Counted from the first letter of the stretch, positions 36,506 through 46,816 are shown. The stretch is 64,000 nucleotides of DNA from a virus (IMGVR_UViG_3300044912_000678:1-64000); one strand, 5' to 3'. Numbers and translations are program-made. Notes: generated from the sequence alone by a model not told the origin.

Positions 36506-38032
36506 ATGTTTAACGAAGAAGAAATAAAAAACATCAAAGAAAAAGCAGAAACCTTGCTTATTGATAGGTTTTCTTGTGGAAAAGATAGAGATGCAGAACT
36601 TCTTGCGACTCAAATCTTAAAAATAGATCCAAATAATGCAAAAATAATTCAACTTCTTGGATTGTTGAAACACAAACAACAAGATTATGACGCAGCTTTA
36701 GATTACTTTAAAAAATCAACATTAATTGAGCCAAATAATTTTGAAAATTACAACAACATTGGATTATGCCTCTCTGGTCTTGGTAAATACACCGAAGCGA
36801 TTAAGGTTTTAGAAAAAGCAAAAACCCTAAGACCAGATTTAGATTACATTTATTCTAATCTTGGCTTGCAATATAGAAGCAACAAACAAATAGACAAAGC
36901 AATTGCGTGTTTTGAAACTGCTTTAGAAATAAAAGAATCGGCAGAATCTTGGAGTATGCTTGGTGGTTGTTATGGAGAAATTAGAGATTTGTATAAAGCG
37001 GAAAGTTGTTTTATTGCTGCGATAAAGTTAAATAAAGATTCTGCTGCTGCTCATGTTGATTTAGCATCAATATATCAATTTAGAGGTCAATGGAAAGAAG
37101 CTTGGTCTGAATATGAATGGAGGTTCAAACTTTACGAACAGTCTAAGTTTTGGGATTTTATATTCGATCCAGAAAAAAGGCTTAAATGTGGACAAAACAT
37201 AAATGATAAAAGAATACTAATCCATTCCGAACAAGGAACTGGCGATATGATTCATTTCTTTCGTTATGTTAAATTTATGAAACAAAAGGGTGCTTATATA
37301 ATCTTACATTGTTGGGAAAGTTTAAAGCCGTTGTTCGAATCGGAAGTTGATGAAATTTATACAAAAGAACCAGCAGAAATTCCGGGATATAAGCATAGGG
37401 ATGCTGATTTCGACATGCCAATTCATGATTATCATTGCTCTATTATAAGCCTACCATACATTCTTGATATGAATTTTATTCCCAATGATCCATATTTAAA
37501 ATCAACAAAAAAGTTCAATACAGAAGATTATAAAGATAATTTCAAAATTGGAATTGTTTGGGCTGGAAATCCTCAGCATCCAAATGACAAATACAGATCT
37601 TGTAAATTAAAAGATTTTAAGAAAATACACGACATTCCTCATGTCAAATTATTTAACTTACAAAAAGATATGCGTCCTAGAATGTATCGTTTTGAAGATG
37701 AGCCTGTAGATTTAACAGATGGTGCAGATAATTTTAAAATTGTAGATGCATCTGAATTTCAAAAAGATTATGATTATACGGCTTCGATTATTGAGGCGAT
37801 GGATTTGATTATTACTGTCGATACTTCAATATTGCATTTGGCTGGTTCATTGGGAAAGCCAACATTTGCCTTGATTTCTTGGAATGGTGATTGGAGATGG
37901 AAGTTAGATGGTACAAAAACTGAATGGTATCCATCCGTAAAGTTATTTAGGCAGAAAAATCTCAATGATTGGGATTATGTTTTTGAAGAAATTTACGAAG
38001 AAATCATGAGGTCACATGAAAACAGTTTATAG
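36506..38032 (+). CDS. TPR repeats + GT9 (heptosyltransferase-like) glycosyltransferase
   Basis: About 5 TPRs, then EQG.GD.I.F.RY, IGIVWAGNP, DLIITVDTS..HLAG.LG.P, WRW and WYPS..LFRQ. Confidence 0.87.
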   Translation: MFNEEEIKNIKEKAETLLIDRFSCGKDRDAELLATQILKIDPNNAKIIQLLGLLKHKQQDYDAALDYFKKSTLIEPNNFENYNNIGLCLSGLGKYTEAIKVLEKAKTLRPDLDYIYSNLGLQYRSNKQIDKAIACFETALEIKESAESWSMLGGCYGEIRDLYKAESCFIAAIKLNKDSAAAHVDLASIYQFRGQWKEAWSEYEWRFKLYEQSKFWDFIFDPEKRLKCGQNINDKRILIHSEQGTGDMIHFFRYVKFMKQKGAYIILHCWESLKPLFESEVDEIYTKEPAEIPGYKHRDADFDMPIHDYHCSIISLPYILDMNFIPNDPYLKSTKKFNTEDYKDNFKIGIVWAGNPQHPNDKYRSCKLKDFKKIHDIPHVKLFNLQKDMRPRMYRFEDEPVDLTDGADNFKIVDASEFQKDYDYTASIIEAMDLIITVDTSILHLAGSLGKPTFALISWNGDWRWKLDGTKTEWYPSVKLFRQKNLNDWDYVFEEIYEEIMRSHENSL

Positions 38033-38867
38033 AATTAGCGATAATGGATATGTGAAGCCAAAACTTCCCGGAGCAACCAAATTGCTTTGTCTTGAAAACT
38101 TTTTAGAAACATTTGGAAAAATTGATTATTTAATAGCTGACAATTGCTCGAATGAAACAATTGAAAAAATTTCTACTGTGGCGGAGCAATTCCATGTAAC
38201 CAAACTTGGTAATGCACCTTCATTTATTTATTCTGTCGATATTCTTGCTAAAGAAGGTATAGAAAATGATGAACTAATTTATTTTGTTGAAGATGATTAT
38301 CTCCATCATCCAAACAGTAAAAGTACTTTAGAAAATGCACTCAATCTAGCTGATTATTTGACTCTTTTTGATCATCCTGACAAATATTCTAGAATGTATA
38401 GTTGTGGAGAAACAAGCAAGGTACAACGAGTTAAAAATCAACATTGGAAAACCTCTGTCAGTACCACCATGACATTTGCCTGTAAGTATAAAACTATTAA
38501 AGATGATTTTTTTAGGGTTTTCAAAAAGTTTTGTGTCAATTTTCATCCAAATGATCACGAGATTTTTGAGCGTTTGCAAAAAACATATAAAAGAAAATTA
38601 ATGGTTTGCATACCGGGACTTTCATTCCATACAGATGTTACCACATATATTATGAATGTTGATTCTCTTTCCGAAAGCATGGATAGTTGGGCAGTTGATT
38701 ATATAATAGAAAAAATGAAGGTTCTTATTTTTAAAACAAATGATGGCGACTTAGTAGAAGAGCTTGAAGTATTGATAAGAACAAAAAATCGTGATTACTC
38801 AGTCTCAAATAATTTGGCATATTTAGAAAATTTATCTACGATATATGAAAAAAGAAAATTAAAATAA
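38016..38867 (+). CDS. GT-A fold glycosyltransferase
   Basis: IADN, YFVEDDYLH, DHPDKY and STTMTF motifs. Confidence 0.7.
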   Translation: MKTVYRISDNGYVKPKLPGATKLLCLENFLETFGKIDYLIADNCSNETIEKISTVAEQFHVTKLGNAPSFIYSVDILAKEGIENDELIYFVEDDYLHHPNSKSTLENALNLADYLTLFDHPDKYSRMYSCGETSKVQRVKNQHWKTSVSTTMTFACKYKTIKDDFFRVFKKFCVNFHPNDHEIFERLQKTYKRKLMVCIPGLSFHTDVTTYIMNVDSLSESMDSWAVDYIIEKMKVLIFKTNDGDLVEELEVLIRTKNRDYSVSNNLAYLENLSTIYEKRKLK

Positions 38868-39497
38868 AAAATTATTAGAGAATAATTTTAGCTTATCTAA
38901 TGATTGCTTTTGATTTATCAAAGGCAATATAATGATTGGATTTTTTATGGTGTTTATATTTTCAATGGCAGATTCAATTGCTTGTTTTATGGAACAATAC
39001 ATAAAATGAGAATCTATTTTTAAATAAGATGGATTGAAGCAGACCAATATCTCAATTATTGTTTTTTCTAATTCTCTAAACAATATTTGATTACCTTCAT
39101 TGCCAATAAGATCGATGTTCAAAAACCAATTAAATGACTCATCGTCATAATCCAAAGCCAAATGTTTAAGTCCTGATTTTTTATGAATTTCTATATAATC
39201 TTCTATTTGGCTTAGAAACAATGGGTTTTCTGAGTTTTTTGATTTATAAATTTCATAAAGATAAGCAATGATTGATTTGAATGAAAAGATGACAATTTTT
39301 TTTGATTTCATATCTTTGCGAAAACAAAAGCTGCAAAAAAATTCATCATCAACAATACTTTTGGGAATTTTTTGTACCATATCATGATTTATTAGCACTT
39401 GTTTTGAGCAAACTGTGCAATTTTTATAGAATTCATCAGATAATTCTTCTTTCATTTTTTGTTCGACTGGAAAAATTTCGATTTTATACTCATACAT
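38859..39497 (-). CDS. Zn-finger hypothetical protein
   Basis: CTVC...FCSFC. Confidence 0.6.
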   Translation of the reverse strand: MYEYKIEIFPVEQKMKEELSDEFYKNCTVCSKQVLINHDMVQKIPKSIVDDEFFCSFCFRKDMKSKKIVIFSFKSIIAYLYEIYKSKNSENPLFLSQIEDYIEIHKKSGLKHLALDYDDESFNWFLNIDLIGNEGNQILFRELEKTIIEILVCFNPSYLKIDSHFMYCSIKQAIESAIENINTIKNPIIILPLINQKQSLDKLKLFSNNFLF

Positions 39498-39532
39498 AAT
39501 AAAACCCCTTCTTCTTAGCTTGCTAAGTTTTG

Positions 39533-39561
39533 AAGATAAATGGTTTATGGTCAGATGTCAA
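39533..39561 (-). promoter_or_regulatory. Sigma70-type promoter
   Basis: TTGACA-17 nt-TATCTT on the - strand. Confidence 0.65.
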
Positions 39562-39679
39562 CGATTATAGACCAAGATGGCTGATATATTTTAAAAATTT
39601 TTGAGATCAGAACCCTAAATAGAGCATATGATCTTAGGCTGGCTAATGTCAGTTAAAATGAAATTTAAAGAGGTTAACT

Positions 39680-39928
39680 ATGAAGTCTTTTATTGAATTT
39701 TGTCAGGAAACGAAAAAAGAATTGCCCGTTTACGATTTGTCAGAAAAGACAACTAGGGGCGGGATTATGAGTTGGGCTTATCCAGATGCATATATCAGAA
39801 GCCACTATCCAGCAGCTTATTTTATGCCAACATCCGCTGATGCGGTTCAAAAAATGGGTAAAAAAGTTGACGATAGTAAAGTTGATCATGGACAGTTCAA
39901 GTATAAAAATCATGACAATCTTGACTAA
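39680..39928 (+). CDS. Small protein with CTS-like start
   Basis: MKSFIEFCQE; GAGG RBS; CTAAATA at 39615. Confidence 0.65.
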   Translation: MKSFIEFCQETKKELPVYDLSEKTTRGGIMSWAYPDAYIRSHYPAAYFMPTSADAVQKMGKKVDDSKVDHGQFKYKNHDNLD

Positions 39929-39941
39929 GATACATCTGATC

Positions 39942-39988
39942 AACAAAAAAACCTCTCTTGAATTAACTTGAGAGGTTTTTTTGTTTTT
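39942..39988. terminator. Bidirectional terminator
   Basis: aacaaaaaaacctctc/gagaggtttttttgtt between convergent genes. Confidence 0.8.
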
Positions 39989-40313
39989 AGTTTTTTGCAT
40001 TTTTCAGTCTGTGTTTATGATCTTCTTCGGTTGTTGTATGTTTTTTCTTGGGAATTAAATCTAGATGATTTTCCCAATAACCCCACATTTCTTCATTTTG
40101 AGGGCATTGAAAAATCATACCTCTGTTAAAATATTTTTGAATAATTTCTTCAACCCTTTGTTTTGATAGATTTGCTTCTTTAGATAATTGTGCGACACTT
40201 CTCCATTTCCACTTCGAATGTCTAGATATAGCAATGAAAAAACCTTGTTCTTCATCACCTTCTTTTGTTCCTTGAGGATAAACCTGTGTCCAATTTTTAA
40301 TTTTATGAGCCAT
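39987..40313 (-). CDS. Winged-helix-like protein
   Basis: WRSVAQLSKEANLSKQRVEEII. Confidence 0.55.
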   Translation of the reverse strand: MAHKIKNWTQVYPQGTKEGDEEQGFFIAISRHSKWKWRSVAQLSKEANLSKQRVEEIIQKYFNRGMIFQCPQNEEMWGYWENHLDLIPKKKHTTTEEDHKHRLKNAKN

Positions 40314-40427
40314 AATTAAACCTTTTAAATAAAAAACAAATACAAAATATTATAGTTGATTTCTTTTTATAAAAAACAATTTTCTTAAAGATACTAGATT
40401 AATTGACACCAACCAAAAGGAAAAGTC

Positions 40428-40859
40428 ATGCCAAAACCAAGAAGACTCACAAAAGAAGAAAAAATTCAGAAAAGAGAAAATAGTTTTAAAGGTACTGGAC
40501 TCTATATTTATGAGAACAATACTGATGGCTATTTAACTTTACCAAAACCAGCAAGTGATGGTCGAAAAGTAATTCCGCCTCGTGGCAAATTCAATGGTGA
40601 TAGTTATTTTATGCAGCTTGTAAAACCTCCATCAAACTTATTGCGTTTTATGGAAGAAATAAAAGAGGAGAAAAAAATGACAGAACAGAAACTTATTCTT
40701 GATCAACCTGATACCGTAACTGCAAAGGGAACTATCGAACATGTTGTCGATAACAATGTTCCTTCGCAACGAATCAATGATTCTGTAGATAATACTAAAA
40801 AACCAGATGTTCTTTTGAACGAAAGTCCAATTGATGGTCTAGAAATCATTAAGGCTTAA
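40428..40859 (+). CDS. Hypothetical protein
   Basis: 143-aa ORF, AAGGA RBS. Confidence 0.6.
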   Translation: MPKPRRLTKEEKIQKRENSFKGTGLYIYENNTDGYLTLPKPASDGRKVIPPRGKFNGDSYFMQLVKPPSNLLRFMEEIKEEKKMTEQKLILDQPDTVTAKGTIEHVVDNNVPSQRINDSVDNTKKPDVLLNESPIDGLEIIKA

Positions 40860-40870
40860 TTGCAAAACAG

Positions 40871-40920
40871 TTGTTCAAAATTGTCTAAAACTCAAATATA
40901 TTTTAGACAATTTTGAACAA
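40871..40920. repeat. Perfect 20-bp inverted repeat with 10-nt spacer
   Basis: ttgttcaaaattgtctaaaa / ttttagacaattttgaacaa. Confidence 0.9.
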
Positions 40921-41039
40921 TATAGCGTTTGATGAACAAATGTATACATAAATTTCTCTAAAAAATTACATTTTAAATAACATTATCTTGTCGATATTTG
41001 TAAATAACTTCATAGAAGATTTTTCTTTAGTGAGGTTAT

Positions 41040-41552
41040 ATGGCAGAAAATATACGCTGGATAGCCCAAAAGAATCTTTACTCTTGTGGTCCTATTGCCA
41101 TTTTAAACACATTAAAATGGATTGGATTTCCCATAAGCTATAAGCAAAATTATAAATTTTGGAAGAAAAAATGTCGTTGCACAGAAGGTGGAACACATCA
41201 ACACTACTTTCAAATATGCCTAAACAATATTAAAAACGCAACAATCATTTCGAAAAATCTTCCAACCATAGCATTAATCGAACAAGCTTTGGCATCTGAG
41301 CAAATTATAATTATGAAGTCTTCTTATGTTCTTGATAAAAGAAAAATAGAAGGACATTTCTTTATAATATCAAATATGACAGATGAACAGTTTTTCTGCG
41401 TAAATGTAGAAGGCAAACATATGTGGTACAATAAAAAATTATTTGCTCAGTATTATTTGCAATACCACAGGGCTTATTGTGACTTTTGTGGAACTTCAAA
41501 TTTTTGTGGAGTTTCGCCATATGCTTGGTTTGTAAAAAAACAATATGTTTAA
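41040..41552 (+). CDS. Papain-fold C39-like cysteine peptidase
   Basis: Q....SCGP.A..N, GT and GHF motifs. Confidence 0.7.
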   Translation: MAENIRWIAQKNLYSCGPIAILNTLKWIGFPISYKQNYKFWKKKCRCTEGGTHQHYFQICLNNIKNATIISKNLPTIALIEQALASEQIIIMKSSYVLDKRKIEGHFFIISNMTDEQFFCVNVEGKHMWYNKKLFAQYYLQYHRAYCDFCGTSNFCGVSPYAWFVKKQYV

Positions 41553-41976
41553 GGGAACGATGATAATTTCAAAATTAAATGAAGAATCAATAGATCAGAA
41601 TTTTATTGATACCATTTCAACCTTTCGCCCCTGCATAATTTCAGTGTCTGAGGCAAAAGAAATATATCGCTCACTTCCAATCAATATTGAGATATATATT
41701 GCTAAAGATTTAAACAAAACAATAGCTTCTGGAACACTCATGATAGAACAGAAGTTTATTCACAATGGCGGAAAAGTTGCTCACATAGAAGATATTATTG
41801 TTCATCCAAACTATCGTGGTCGTGGAATTGGAAAATTACTCATAGAACACCTGCTATTTGAAGCCGATAAAAAAAATTGCTACAAAACTATCTTAGATTG
41901 CGATGAAAGTGTAAGTGTATTTTACGAAAAATTTGGCTTTAAAAAATCTTCTTTACAAATGCGTAAAGATTCATGA
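41545..41976 (+). CDS. GNA1-like glucosamine-6-phosphate N-acetyltransferase (GNAT)
   Basis: EQKFIH.GG...HIED..V...RG.G.GK, CYK.ILDC and FYEK.GF. Confidence 0.8.
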   Translation: MFKGTMIISKLNEESIDQNFIDTISTFRPCIISVSEAKEIYRSLPINIEIYIAKDLNKTIASGTLMIEQKFIHNGGKVAHIEDIIVHPNYRGRGIGKLLIEHLLFEADKKNCYKTILDCDESVSVFYEKFGFKKSSLQMRKDS

Positions 41977-41986
41977 GGAATAAAAT

Positions 41987-42736
41987 ATGAAGGGCGTTAT
42001 TCTAGCTGGTGGTCTTGGAACCCGTCTCATGCCTCTTACTAAAGTTACAAACAAATGCTTATTGCCAGTTTACAATAAGCCAATGATTTATTATCCAATA
42101 GAAACATTTGTAAACAGTGGCATTACAGACATTCTTATTGTTTGTGGTGGGAATGCTGCTGGTGAATTTCTTAGAATTCTTGGGAATGGCGAAGCATTTG
42201 GTCTAAAGCATCTACACTATACATATCAGGCAGAACCAAAAGGCATTGCCGATGCTCTTGGTTTGGCAGAAGAATGGGCGAATAACGAACCTATTGCGGT
42301 AATTTTGGCTGATAACATCTTTGAAAATGATGTTGAAAAATCAGTTCTAGATTTTGAAGAAAATCCAAGTGGTGCAAAAATATTTCTTACGCAGGTAAAT
42401 AATCCAGAACATTATGGTGTTGTGCAAATAAATTCAAAAGGCGAAGTCGAAAACATTGAAGAAAAGCCAAAAAATCCAAAGTCAAATTGGATTGCCACTG
42501 GTCTTTACATGTACGATTCTTCAGTTTGGAAAATAATCAAAGGATTATCGCCATCTGCAAGAAATGAACTTGAAATTACAGATATAAATAAAATGTATTT
42601 AAAATTAAAAATGCTAAAAGCAATTGAAGTCGATGGTTGGTGGATGGATGCTGGAGAAAATATTGATGGGTATATGGAAGCATGTGTAAAAGCTCAAGCA
42701 ATTACTCAAAAACAAAAACCCAAGTGCCACAAGTAA
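41987..42736 (+). CDS. rmlA: Glucose-1-phosphate thymidylyltransferase (RmlA/SpsI-like)
   Basis: LAGG.GTRL.PLT...NK.LLPVY.KPMIYYP, Q..P.GIA.A, EEKP and SAR.ELEITD. Confidence 0.88.
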   Translation: MKGVILAGGLGTRLMPLTKVTNKCLLPVYNKPMIYYPIETFVNSGITDILIVCGGNAAGEFLRILGNGEAFGLKHLHYTYQAEPKGIADALGLAEEWANNEPIAVILADNIFENDVEKSVLDFEENPSGAKIFLTQVNNPEHYGVVQINSKGEVENIEEKPKNPKSNWIATGLYMYDSSVWKIIKGLSPSARNELEITDINKMYLKLKMLKAIEVDGWWMDAGENIDGYMEACVKAQAITQKQKPKCHK

Positions 42737-42778
42737 AACAGATTTCACAATTTGTATAATTTTTACAACAACTACAAA

Positions 42779-43324
42779 TCATTTTGGACCTCTTTTTAAA
42801 TTAACTGGCTTTAATTTATCTTGATGTCTGTCTGGCTGATCTTTCAGATGGTGCATCATATTTTTAACTTCTTTTGCAATCTCTGATGCATTATCAGCAC
42901 ATTTTTTAGTTGATTGTACAGATATTGTTTTTCTTTCTTTGTTGTAAAATCCTTTAGAAATAAGAAAACATTTTTCTTTGTCACTCCAGCTTATAACACC
43001 AGTCCATTCTCCGTCATCCCAATTTCTTGAACTAACAAGTAATCGCAATGGCTTCTCTTCAAATACATGCTTTGTGTGCAATCCCATCTTTTTAAGACCA
43101 GCACTGACATAGCCAAGAACTAATTTTGCAAATGCTTCCATTACATCTTCTTTGTTTGTTCTATAGTCAACATTAATGCTATAGCGAGATGTTTGAGATG
43201 ATTCGACAAATATTTTTTTAGTTAATTCTTTAGCAGCAATTGAAAAAACTTCACTTTGAACTTTTTCAAGTTGTGAATGTAATTCTTCGTGATTTTTAAC
43301 AAGCCATGTTTTGTAATCTACCAT
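42779..43324 (-). CDS. Hypothetical protein with CTS-like start
   Basis: Start moved to MVDYKTWLVKNHEE, directly after the gp13 stop. Confidence 0.6.
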   Translation of the reverse strand: MVDYKTWLVKNHEELHSQLEKVQSEVFSIAAKELTKKIFVESSQTSRYSINVDYRTNKEDVMEAFAKLVLGYVSAGLKKMGLHTKHVFEEKPLRLLVSSRNWDDGEWTGVISWSDKEKCFLISKGFYNKERKTISVQSTKKCADNASEIAKEVKNMMHHLKDQPDRHQDKLKPVNLKRGPK

Positions 43325-43325
43325 T

Positions 43326-44198
43326 TTAACCCCAACTTGGACCAAGGATATCGCCAAACTTATTGAGTAACTTTTCTTCCCATTCTTTCTTCTCTTGCAA
43401 TCCTTCTTGCAAAATAGCCTGACCATCTAATTGAACACCGCCATTTGGACCGGGAGGATTTGAAATTTTACTTCGGATTCTACCAAGAATAATTTTTGTA
43501 AATGCCAATGCGCCTTCCTGCATTACTTGTGTAACTTGAGCAAAGTCAGGCTTCTTCTGTAAATAGCGAACAATTACAGGATAAACTCTATATGGAGTTG
43601 GATAAATCTTAACATTTTGATATCCGCCCAACCATTCCCAACCACCTTGTTGTCCAGAAGCTCGGTTATACATATCTTCATATTGCTTGTAAAGTACCCA
43701 CTCATTCATTTTTCCCCATACTGGAGTTTGTGGGTTTACACCACCAGCAATACTACCATACGCACCAGCACCCATATATTCTAATGGTATAACGCCACCT
43801 AAATCGGCAGCAGAAAAAGCATATTGTGCTGTTTCTTTATAAGAAACGCTTCTAACATATCCAATTTCATAAGGCATTTCATAGACTGATTGTCCCGGAA
43901 CTGTCATGAATGTATAGTACTGAAAATATTCCATTGGTGCATATTCTTCGAATACTTGTAGTGCGAAGTCAATTGCGTTACTAATTTGCTGATCATCTAA
44001 TTCTAATGAAATTACTGGTGCGCCAAGCATCGTGAGAACATATTCTCTGATTTGTTCTCTAACTTTTAATCTATTTCTTCTTGGTGATATTTTCTTAAGG
44101 GGGTCGGTTGGACCAATATCGCTGCAGCCACCACACTCTGATAAACAGTTGTATTGGTCTGATGTCGGTCTTGGAATATACAATTTATTAGTGTCCAT
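43326..44198 (-). CDS. gp13: Neck protein / head-tail adaptor, gp13-like
   Basis: YVL.MLGAPVI..EL...Q...AI..AL and LG..RSK....PGP.GGV.LDG..I..EG..E. Confidence 0.85.
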   Translation of the reverse strand: MDTNKLYIPRPTSDQYNCLSECGGCSDIGPTDPLKKISPRRNRLKVREQIREYVLTMLGAPVISLELDDQQISNAIDFALQVFEEYAPMEYFQYYTFMTVPGQSVYEMPYEIGYVRSVSYKETAQYAFSAADLGGVIPLEYMGAGAYGSIAGGVNPQTPVWGKMNEWVLYKQYEDMYNRASGQQGGWEWLGGYQNVKIYPTPYRVYPVIVRYLQKKPDFAQVTQVMQEGALAFTKIILGRIRSKISNPPGPNGGVQLDGQAILQEGLQEKKEWEEKLLNKFGDILGPSWG

Positions 44199-44244
44199 AT
44201 TACTATATAGATAAAATAATTAGAATCTAAAAGCAGGTAATAAA

Positions 44245-46521
44245 ATGAAATTTTTAAATTTTATAAAACGAAAAATTTTTAACGAAATGGCAATTATGGG
44301 AGATGTTATTCGTCAACCAATTCGCCTAGATAAAGACGATATTGAGTTTTTATATCAATTTCCTCCAGAACTTTGGGTTCAAGCAATTAAAAAAAGATAT
44401 CATGATGATCTTGCAGAAGCTTTAGACGCAAGAGGTAAGGCAAGACTAAGTGACAAAAATAAGATTAAAGAATTGGCAATTAAATCTATTAGATCTAGAA
44501 ATTTCAAACAACTCAATGATGATTATCCACAATATTTTGATGAAAAAACTGTTGACAAATTGCGTAAAGAATACAACAAAATAGAAAAAAAACATTATCA
44601 AGATCAAGGTTCAGAAGAATATGAAAAAGCATTGGAAAATGCTGGGAATGCCATTGCTTATTATGCTGTAGAAAAAATTCATCCTCACGCAGAATTAAAG
44701 AATGCTCCTAAAATATATGATTTTAAATTTGGACAAAAAAAAGTTACAATTACGGCAAAACCATTCATTAATCGGCTTATTCATAAATTAGAAAAAACAA
44801 AAGGCGAAGCACATGATAAAGTAGTTGGTCTACATCCAGATGAACATAGTCACGGACAATATGGTTATGATTTACAAAAGACTTTTTCTGGACATGGTTT
44901 ACTTCCCGGTGCAACTGAAGGTATGCAATTGATAACCAAAGATATGGCAGAAGAAGCAATTAAAGAATTATTGAAAGACAATTATCAGCATTATTACGGC
45001 AAACTTCCAGATGTTGGCGAAGAGGTAAAATTGCCAGATGGAAGCACTAGAAATATAGAAAAAGAAGCTCATGTTGTAAAAAAGTTAGGATCAAAAACAC
45101 ATCGAGAAGACAATACAATCGAAGGCGAAGACAAAAGAATAAAACTTCCAACATTCAAACAAAAAATTACTATGAATGGCGAAACTATTGAAATTGACAT
45201 GCCATTCATTATGTCAACAAAATATACCAAATATGTTGGTCCAAACAAAGGCAATATTGGAAAAAGAAAAGATAGAATTGAAATTGATCCTGATGATTAC
45301 ATGAATATGGCTTCTGAAGCCGGTGTAAGTAGTGGTGGATCTTTTACATCTAATAAAAATAGAGCCGCAGAAAGAAAAAAAGCATTTGGAGTTGCTGGAT
45401 CTAAAGAAGAAAGAGAAAAAGTTATTGGAGTAATGGAAAAGTATGGTCCAGAAAACAAAGATTATCCAGATCTTTATAAAGATATTGTTGCTGGTATTAT
45501 GCAAGCGATAACGCAAAAAAAATCATATACAGGTATTAGAGATTGGGAATTTACCATTGCGAAAAATAACATTAAAGAAATTCATGATATGATTTTAAGT
45601 AAACTTGAAAATAATATAAGTAACAAAAAATATCATGGAAAAAATTATAAAGCAAATCAGGCAAGAAGAGATTTTGCAAAAAATGCAACCATTTCAATTC
45701 TTGGTCAAAATATACATGGAGGAGAAACAAGAAGATTACGAACTTCTCAAATGGATGCTCCAGAAATAATTCCAACATCTTTAAGAACACCAAACCAAGA
45801 AGAATTAATTTTAAATCTTGATAAAATGTCAAATGAATTATCTGCGACTGGCAGAAAAAGAATTGCTGGTGAATTAGCATTTCCTTACACATACCTCAAA
45901 AAAATTGTTAAAAACATTGAGGATGAAAGTGCCGAAGCAGAAAAAGCAGATAGAATCATAGGACAATCGGCAGACATAGCTCCAGAAGTATTAAAAAAAA
46001 TATTTGGAGAAAATCATCGTAGAAAAGCACTTTTGATTTCTGCTATGAAAGAAGTTTTGGAAAAGCTTATTTTTACAAATTCTGCCGGTACATTAAGTAC
46101 GCCTAAGTCCGAAGAAGAAGCCAACAAAGTTATTACAAATCAAATACTTCCTAAAAAAACAATTTCTGCTATGGTGGCTTCTTTCGCTCATTTGACAATG
46201 GTTCAAAACGCAATGCGAGAAGAACCAGTTGCTACTATTCCAACTAGAGATTTTGAAAATAAACAAAAATATTCTAAATTACCAAAAGACATGCTTGATC
46301 CTCGTCAAAGAGCCAAATCAAAAAATTTGCTAGTCTTGCAATCCGATAAAGATTGGTTGGCACTTACATTTAAGTATAATTTCATGGTTAATGCTGAAAT
46401 GGGAACTCTATTATCTATAGAGAAATGGATTAATGATCAATACACAGCTGGTAAGATTCCTAATCAATATTATGCTCCAGCAATGGCAGAAATAAAGCAT
46501 TATAAAAATATCAAGAAATAA
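44245..46521 (+). CDS. Large hypothetical protein with CTS-like start (putative internal head protein)
   Basis: MKFLNFIKRKIFNE-MA; 758 aa, charged and helical. Confidence 0.55.
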   Translation: MKFLNFIKRKIFNEMAIMGDVIRQPIRLDKDDIEFLYQFPPELWVQAIKKRYHDDLAEALDARGKARLSDKNKIKELAIKSIRSRNFKQLNDDYPQYFDEKTVDKLRKEYNKIEKKHYQDQGSEEYEKALENAGNAIAYYAVEKIHPHAELKNAPKIYDFKFGQKKVTITAKPFINRLIHKLEKTKGEAHDKVVGLHPDEHSHGQYGYDLQKTFSGHGLLPGATEGMQLITKDMAEEAIKELLKDNYQHYYGKLPDVGEEVKLPDGSTRNIEKEAHVVKKLGSKTHREDNTIEGEDKRIKLPTFKQKITMNGETIEIDMPFIMSTKYTKYVGPNKGNIGKRKDRIEIDPDDYMNMASEAGVSSGGSFTSNKNRAAERKKAFGVAGSKEEREKVIGVMEKYGPENKDYPDLYKDIVAGIMQAITQKKSYTGIRDWEFTIAKNNIKEIHDMILSKLENNISNKKYHGKNYKANQARRDFAKNATISILGQNIHGGETRRLRTSQMDAPEIIPTSLRTPNQEELILNLDKMSNELSATGRKRIAGELAFPYTYLKKIVKNIEDESAEAEKADRIIGQSADIAPEVLKKIFGENHRRKALLISAMKEVLEKLIFTNSAGTLSTPKSEEEANKVITNQILPKKTISAMVASFAHLTMVQNAMREEPVATIPTRDFENKQKYSKLPKDMLDPRQRAKSKNLLVLQSDKDWLALTFKYNFMVNAEMGTLLSIEKWINDQYTAGKIPNQYYAPAMAEIKHYKNIKK

Positions 46522-46547
46522 ACAGCTACAAAAAATTTGGAGAAAAT

Positions 46548-46814
46548 ATGTCGAATGGAAATTGGTTTAATTTCATGTCCAACCCGATGGCTCATTACAT
46601 TAAAAAATCAATGTTTGAACTATTAAAAGAGCGATATGGAAAACACGAACAAATAATTGATAGAATTGGAAATTCTCTTACCACCGAAAAAGATATGAAA
46701 GATTTTATCGCTATGATGATTGACACCTATGAAGTTGGGTTCATCAGAGCTATTGACGAACAAAGAGATAAATTAGAAAAACTTGGTTTGGGAGTAAGAA
46801 TTACAGGAAAATAG
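46548..46814 (+). CDS. Hypothetical protein
   Basis: 88-aa ORF, GGAG RBS. Confidence 0.6.
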   Translation: MSNGNWFNFMSNPMAHYIKKSMFELLKERYGKHEQIIDRIGNSLTTEKDMKDFIAMMIDTYEVGFIRAIDEQRDKLEKLGLGVRITGK

Positions 46815-46816
46815 AA

